Shown piece after piece: positions 59,137 through 64,000 of a DNA stretch of 64,000 nucleotides. Location: positions 64,001 to 128,000 of IMG/VR virus record IMGVR_UViG_3300027708_000026; one strand, written 5' to 3'. The stretch's first letter is position 1, and the number at the start of each line of letters is the position of its first letter. Below the pieces are notes generated by a model that was not told the DNA's origin, searched no databases, and worked only from the letters and a program-made list of their open reading frames with translations. The stretch is from a virus. Both the position numbers and the translations under genes were made by a program.

Positions 59137-60583
59137 AAAAGAAAAAACACCCAAGCCAAACTATGATTTGGCCATGCAAAAATTATATATCGAAATGTTT
59201 TTGTCCGATGGAGAAACATTCATGCGCTGTCAAAATATTTTCGATCCGTTAAACTTTGATCAAAGACTACAAACAGCAGCAGAATTTATCAACAAGTATG
59301 TCGATGACTACAAAGTCATGCCCGAGCCCAGTATCATTAATGCTGCAACTCGCAGCACCTTTGAGGGTATAGCATTGCCCAAGGAAAATTATGAATGGCT
59401 GATGGATGAGTTTGAAAACTTCAGCAGACATAAAGGATTAGAACGAGCAATCATTGCCAGCAGCGATTTACTTGAAGCTGGCGATTATGGTCCAGTGGAA
59501 AAGCTGATTAAAGATGCCATACAGATCAGTTTGAATAAAGACATGGGCACTGACTATTTTGCAGATCCCAGAGCTAGACTGATGGCATTGAAAGATGGCA
59601 ATGGTCAGATCAGCACAGGGTGGCCTAGTGTGGATAAGAAACTATATGGCGGATTCAATCGTGGAGAGTTGAATATCTTCTGTGCAGCATCAGGTGGTGG
59701 TAAGAGTTTGTTCTTGGCCAACCTAGGTGTGAATTGGGCACTGATGGGATTGAATGTTATCTATCTAACTTTTGAATTGAGTGAGCGATTAGTGGCCATG
59801 CGTGTGGACAGTATGACTACTGGCATTGGTACAAGGGACATTTTTAGAAATATCGATGATGTCGAACTCAAAGTAAAGACTTTGCAAAAACGCAGTGGAC
59901 ATCTGCAAATTAAGTATATGCCTAGTGGCAAAAATTGCAACGATATTCGAGCCTATTTAAAGGAATATCAGGTCAAATCAGGTGTGAAACCAGACGTTAT
60001 TTTAATAGATTACTTGGATTTAATGATGCCTTTGTCAGTGAAGGTAAGTCCCAGCGATTTGTTTGTTAAAGACAAATATGTGTCGGAAGAGATTAGAAAT
60101 TTGGCAATGGAAACACAATGTATCACAGTGACTGCCAGTCAGTTGAATCGTAGTGCGGTTGAGGAAATTGAATTTGATCACAGTCATATTAGTGGCGGAT
60201 TGAGTAAGATTATGACGGCGGATAATGTGATTGGTATTTTTACTAGTCGTGCAATGAAAGAGCGCGGACGCTATCAGATACAGTTTATGAAGACACGCTC
60301 CAGTAGCGGTGTGGGCCAAAAAGTTGATTTAGAATTCAACTTAGAAACTTTGCGAATAAGCGATTTGGATGAGGAAGAAGACGGCGGTATTAAAAAGCCC
60401 ACTTCAAATAGTGTATTGGATGGATTGAAAAGAACTAGCGTAGTTACCACAAGCACTGATAGTAACAAGTGGGAACGTGCAACTCCCAAGGAAGGGTTCG
60501 ATCTTGCCAAACCTCAACCCCCAAAAACTTCAGGCCCGTCAATTAGGACCATGCTTAATAATCTACATCCCGAAAAGGATTAG
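59129..60583 (+). CDS. gp41: Replicative DnaB-family helicase (gp41-like)
   Basis: ISTGW, ASGGGKS, TFELSE, IDYLDL, TASQLNR, TADNV and MKTRSS motifs. Confidence 0.95.
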   Translation: MNKKEKTPKPNYDLAMQKLYIEMFLSDGETFMRCQNIFDPLNFDQRLQTAAEFINKYVDDYKVMPEPSIINAATRSTFEGIALPKENYEWLMDEFENFSRHKGLERAIIASSDLLEAGDYGPVEKLIKDAIQISLNKDMGTDYFADPRARLMALKDGNGQISTGWPSVDKKLYGGFNRGELNIFCAASGGGKSLFLANLGVNWALMGLNVIYLTFELSERLVAMRVDSMTTGIGTRDIFRNIDDVELKVKTLQKRSGHLQIKYMPSGKNCNDIRAYLKEYQVKSGVKPDVILIDYLDLMMPLSVKVSPSDLFVKDKYVSEEIRNLAMETQCITVTASQLNRSAVEEIEFDHSHISGGLSKIMTADNVIGIFTSRAMKERGRYQIQFMKTRSSSGVGQKVDLEFNLETLRISDLDEEEDGGIKKPTSNSVLDGLKRTSVVTTSTDSNKWERATPKEGFDLAKPQPPKTSGPSIRTMLNNLHPEKD

Positions 60584-61152
60584 AACCATTGGGTAGATTG
60601 ATAGGTAGCACTGGCTTCTAAAGTCCTAAGCCACTGTTGATCACCGGGTTGATCGAAAAATGTCAACTCAATTGATGCAGGAACGATCTCCCAAGATGTT
60701 TGGCGAATCTTAACACTGGCGGACTTCACTCCTAAAGAATGCATTAGTTCGTCGTGACTCCAACTGAGAAAGCCGGCGCAGGCTTTAAACTGTTTGGGTC
60801 CCGCGCCCTTGCTCAATGCCATCAATATTGAAATATCATTGGTCACTGCGATATCATCAGTGACTTTTGCACTGGATATTCCCATCCAATCTGTAGTATG
60901 TATGATGTGTATTTTATCTCTACCTAAATTTCCGCCGTGCCAGATAGAATCAGATCCAGGGATCATGATACCCATCTTTCGTCCAATAGCCTGTAATGTT
61001 TGCCCAATCGCCTCTTGATTAATTTGTATTCCTATAGATAACTGATCAGTGTGGCTAATCAGTAGTATAACCTGCTGCTGAACATCATCTCGAAACATGG
61101 CAGGACTTGACGCCAATAAATTTCCAGCGAGTTTATCGTCATATGTAATCAT
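60580..61152 (-). CDS. yqgE: YqgE/AlgH family protein
   Basis: LLASSPAM..D...VILL...IGIQIN...WHGG...H...GFLSW....L..W pattern. Start set at ATG 61152, 5 nt after a minus-strand TAAATA. Confidence 0.75.
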   Translation of the reverse strand: MITYDDKLAGNLLASSPAMFRDDVQQQVILLISHTDQLSIGIQINQEAIGQTLQAIGRKMGIMIPGSDSIWHGGNLGRDKIHIIHTTDWMGISSAKVTDDIAVTNDISILMALSKGAGPKQFKACAGFLSWSHDELMHSLGVKSASVKIRQTSWEIVPASIELTFFDQPGDQQWLRTLEASATYQSTQWF

Positions 61153-61212
61153 AATAATATTTACCGACAAACAATATCTGTTAAAGATAAACGAACGATA
61201 AATATTATTTGT

Positions 61213-61896
61213 ATGAGAATTACCGATTTTATTAGTTATAACGACAGTCTAAATCCCAAGCTATGGGACGATAGTCATTTAAAAGAACCTGTTAGGGATG
61301 CCCTTTTGCGCATTGCCGCAGACTTTAAAGAATTCATCGATGTACCTTTTGACATAGTTGATGTTGTGATAACTGGCGGAAATGCCAATTATAATTACAC
61401 AGAGCATAGCGATATAGACCTGCATCTTATCGCCGATTTTGGATCAGTTACTTGTGATCGAGAAGCTGCCGAATTATTTGATACCAAAAGACATCTTTAT
61501 AAAAAAACATACGATGTTAACATATATGGAATTCCTGTAGAACTGTATGTTGAGGACAAGGATCATCCGGCAGTAAGCAGCGGTAGTTATAGCATACTTC
61601 ACGACAAATGGATGTCTGTACCAAATCCAGATCTTCCCGACTATGACGAAGATACTGTCGAAGAAATGGCAGAAGTATGGAAGGGTGTACTAGATCATGC
61701 TATGGATACTGAATCGTTGGATGCATGTAGGACCGCAGTTGATCTCTTGAGGAAATATAGAAAATTGGGGCTTGGAACAGATCAAGGAGAATTTAGTGTG
61801 CCTAACCTAGTGTATAAAAGTTTGCGCAATGACCATACGCTGGGCAACATCACTGAATTCATCGATCAATTACATGATCGAGAACTCAGCATTTAA
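61213..61896 (+). CDS. Pol-beta-superfamily nucleotidyltransferase
   Basis: TGGNANYNYTEHSDIDLHL (G[GS]...DxD) with a third carboxylate in PVELYVED. Confidence 0.8.
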   Translation: MRITDFISYNDSLNPKLWDDSHLKEPVRDALLRIAADFKEFIDVPFDIVDVVITGGNANYNYTEHSDIDLHLIADFGSVTCDREAAELFDTKRHLYKKTYDVNIYGIPVELYVEDKDHPAVSSGSYSILHDKWMSVPNPDLPDYDEDTVEEMAEVWKGVLDHAMDTESLDACRTAVDLLRKYRKLGLGTDQGEFSVPNLVYKSLRNDHTLGNITEFIDQLHDRELSI

Positions 61897-62141
61897 TTAC
61901 TTACATCAGAAATAACTGCGGTGGAGGTTTCTTTGTCGATGGACATGTATCCACTACACGCAAAGTTCCAATCATCATTACCCTGTCCATCTCCGGTAGT
62001 TTCATCGTTAACTGGCACTGTAATTTTGATATGTTTGAGAATATACTCGCGCCCGTTTTCAAAAACTCGCCAAACATGATCTTTAGAGCCGCGTCCTGGC
62101 TGACCGCGACTTTTGTTGAATCTAATATGGTACTTGTTCAT
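61893..62141 (-). CDS. Hypothetical protein
   Basis: YHIRFNKSRGQPGRG...HVWRVFE; last gene of the minus-strand cassette. Confidence 0.65.
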   Translation of the reverse strand: MNKYHIRFNKSRGQPGRGSKDHVWRVFENGREYILKHIKITVPVNDETTGDGQGNDDWNFACSGYMSIDKETSTAVISDVSN

Positions 62142-62142
62142 A

Positions 62143-62904
62143 TTATACTATAATTGGGCCATTTTCAGCATTAGTGGGTGCAGCTTGCTGTTGCGGAGGA
62201 GTTTGCCCGACACCCAGTGTAAAGTGTATAAACCTAATGGGTTTGGCAGATGCATGACGACTAAACGAATGTGGTATCCATGAATTGGCAAAAAACAGTA
62301 GTCCGGGTTCCGGCGTAAAGTTGATACTGTTACTGGCATAAGTCACATTGGCCATGTTAGCCTCTGGCAGATTAATCTGCTTTTTAGCAGGTCTCGGATC
62401 GTTGATTACGACTTTCGAACAATCGGCTGGCGTATCTAGGAAATAAAATCCCACCAACTGCGCTCCAAAACCATGAACATGTTCGTCCATGGCACTATGC
62501 CTGTGATGTTCTTGACACCACATCTCCATAAAGAATACATTTTTATTGGTCATATCGGAACCCTGAGATTGCAATATATTCCAACCAGTCGCACCTACAT
62601 AGTTTGCAAAGTCTGCTATTCTAGGATCGTTGAATAAATTTTCAGTTTGATACAATGGATAAATCGGATCTAATTTTGGCTGTTCTTTTTTTCTTTTGGT
62701 CAGCATATCCATAGATATAGATTTGACTGTGTGTAGAAATTCAGGCTTTTTAATCGTATATATTGTGCTGGGAAAATACGAAAACACTTCTAACTGATTT
62801 TCCGGCTTAGCTTGGGGCTCCGACGAATTTCCAACAATAGTCGGGTTATCTGATAATTCGATTCCCGAGCTCCCTACAATCACAGGGTTATTTTCTGTAT
62901 TCAT
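62143..62904 (-). CDS. Putative 2OG-Fe(II) oxygenase (TIGR02466-like)
   Basis: HxH motif HVH, GFYFL, DPRP, PEPG.L.F.NSWIPH and IRFIHF. Confidence 0.8.
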   Translation of the reverse strand: MNTENNPVIVGSSGIELSDNPTIVGNSSEPQAKPENQLEVFSYFPSTIYTIKKPEFLHTVKSISMDMLTKRKKEQPKLDPIYPLYQTENLFNDPRIADFANYVGATGWNILQSQGSDMTNKNVFFMEMWCQEHHRHSAMDEHVHGFGAQLVGFYFLDTPADCSKVVINDPRPAKKQINLPEANMANVTYASNSINFTPEPGLLFFANSWIPHSFSRHASAKPIRFIHFTLGVGQTPPQQQAAPTNAENGPIIV

Positions 62905-62912
62905 ATGTTCCT

Positions 62913-63386
62913 TTAAATTATTAGATCACCGTCTTCATCTACTCGGGGCATCATAGGCCAAGCTACATTAAACGGATCACTAGTATCTAAAGAGTTTAAC
63001 AAATTTGAATAAGTTTGCCAAGCATTTTGGACATCTCCGGTAGTATTTTCAATGCGATCAGTTGCAAATAATTTTAATGATTCTAACTGTTCAGCTACTG
63101 ATTTTTTCCGTGCTTTTGTAGTAACTCGCTTCTCATCATCATCCATTTCCCTAACGGTCCAGGTATCTTCATATACTCCATCACTGGCTAGTTCATAAGT
63201 GCATATAGGCACTTGAAAATTGCCCACTGGCATGACATCCGGGCCAGGCTGCTGGTGTCTTCGAAATCGTGCGAGGTTGGCGGGTAGATTATTCAAATCT
63301 ATCCCGGGCCAGGCTTGTAGTACATTATCCTCCAAAAGTGGATGTTGCCAGGGTTGTCCATCTTGCATTTGTATATATAAGTTCAT
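62913..63386 (-). CDS. Tail fibre assembly chaperone-like protein
   Basis: C-terminal WQTY..LL..L...DPFNVAWP (Tfa-like); follows a Gly-rich fibre gene; SD AAGGAG and TAAATA 63412-63417. Confidence 0.6.
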   Translation of the reverse strand: MNLYIQMQDGQPWQHPLLEDNVLQAWPGIDLNNLPANLARFRRHQQPGPDVMPVGNFQVPICTYELASDGVYEDTWTVREMDDDEKRVTTKARKKSVAEQLESLKLFATDRIENTTGDVQNAWQTYSNLLNSLDTSDPFNVAWPMMPRVDEDGDLII

Positions 63387-63461
63387 AAATATGATCTCCT
63401 TTAATTAAGTGTATTTAATATTTCACCGGATCCTAGATAAAAGATCTAGGGTCGTTGTATT

Positions 63462-64000
63462 TTAGAGGTTGCTCGAAGGCCCTGTTAGTGTGCTTGGGAA
63501 AGTTCGTATATTGCCCGGCCAGATGATTCGAACAGCGCCGCCGCCGGCTTGCGCAATCGTGGCCCCGCCGCCGCCTACTATGACTGCATAAGAAGTACCC
63601 GGGGATACATTATAATTATTCAGGTATCCTAAGCCTCCACCGCCGCCACCAGAACTGGCTCGAGGCCCGTTGGAGCCGCTGCCCCCGCCATAAGCGCCAC
63701 CCAATCTGTCGCTGTCCGATGCAGTGGCACCACCTGATCCGCCGCCGCCACCACTGCCAGTACCAGAATAGCTAGAAGTTCCGCCAGCACCGGAACTGCC
63801 CTGACCGTAAACACCAACGCCGCCGCCACCGCCGTGATTGAGCGTATATTTAAAGCCACCACCACCACCAGCTCCACCAGTTCCAGCTGCACCATCAGCA
63901 GCATATACACCAGAACTATTTGATCCAGTACCACCAGCACCACCGGCGCCGCTATATCCACCAGCGCCACCACCACCACCAGAGCCAGCGCTATTGTTGC
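63462..64000 (-). CDS. 3' end of a Gly-rich fibre-type protein (start lies outside the window)
   Basis: The frame is open from 63998 (NNSAGSGGGGGAGGYSG...) to the stop at 63462 and ends GGGGGLGYLNN..VSPG...GAVRIIWPG..RTFPST, paralogous to 19072-21054. Confidence 0.8.
   Translation of the reverse strand, partial: NNSAGSGGGGGAGGYSGAGGAGGTGSNSSGVYAADGAAGTGGAGGGGGFKYTLNHGGGGGVGVYGQGSSGAGGTSSYSGTGSGGGGGSGGATASDSDRLGGAYGGGSGSNGPRASSGGGGGGLGYLNNYNVSPGTSYAVIVGGGGATIAQAGGGAVRIIWPGNIRTFPSTLTGPSSNL

Noticed and set aside
42906-60583. Inteins or introns in terminase, UvsX, UvsW or helicase
   Set aside because: The proteins have normal lengths and contiguous motifs.
518-63408. Many short antisense or alternate-frame ORFs in the track (e.g. 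16148-16432, 20477-20881, 32112-32624, 46772-47347)
   Set aside because: They are shadows of long genes with biased codon usage, with no start signals or recognisable motifs.
63429-63453. Hairpin GATCCTAGAT-AAAAG-ATCTAGGGTC as a terminator
   Set aside because: There is no U-tract on the coding (minus) strand and the stem has a mismatch there; its function cannot be supported.
63629-63979. Separate 116-aa ORF suggesting a frameshift with 63462-63704
   Set aside because: The Gly-rich frame is continuously open from the window edge to 63462; the Val-rich ORF is an off-frame reading of GGT repeats.
1-64000. Stop-codon reassignment as seen in some large phages
   Set aside because: Core genes are full length and coding density is high under the standard code.
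1-64000. tRNA or rRNA genes
   Set aside because: Intergenic gaps are short and none shows a cloverleaf or T-loop consensus.

Overview
This is a 64-kb, AT-rich, densely coding segment of a large T4-like myovirus. It probably belongs to an environmental jumbo-type lineage (inferred from gene content), and the host cannot be determined from this window. From left to right it contains: (i) the major capsid gene gp23; (ii) about 25 kb of very large fibre/appendage genes carrying beta-helix, collagen, LamG, FN3, Gly-rich and S74-chaperone modules; (iii) Nudix, gp15, gp14, gp13, a putative glycosyltransferase, dNMP kinase and a degenerate HNH; (iv) tail sheath, tail tube, a tube-like protein with a long extension, gp4, the terminases and acidic head-associated proteins; (v) a recombination/replication block with gp32, UvsX, UvsY, UvsW, a gp62-like protein, a 195-aa DnaE-like core, primase and helicase; (vi) YqgE, a nucleotidyltransferase and the 3' end of a minus-strand cassette (Gly-rich fibre, chaperone, 2OG oxygenase). 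I found no tRNA, rRNA, CRISPR array, intein or mobile element. The most notable observations are: seven phycobiliprotein-like C-x-R-D repeats, mostly 160-170 aa apart, in a 2195-aa virion protein; a small 'PxxPxxGxxW...DG..W' module shared by fibres, neck and sheath (a candidate fibre-docking system); a stand-alone minimal DnaE catalytic core; many apparently leaderless genes behind TAAATA or sigma70 promoters; a three-hairpin kissing-loop leader RNA after gp23; and a frameshifted C-terminus at about 42742. Protein calls come from motif recognition only; no database search was run.
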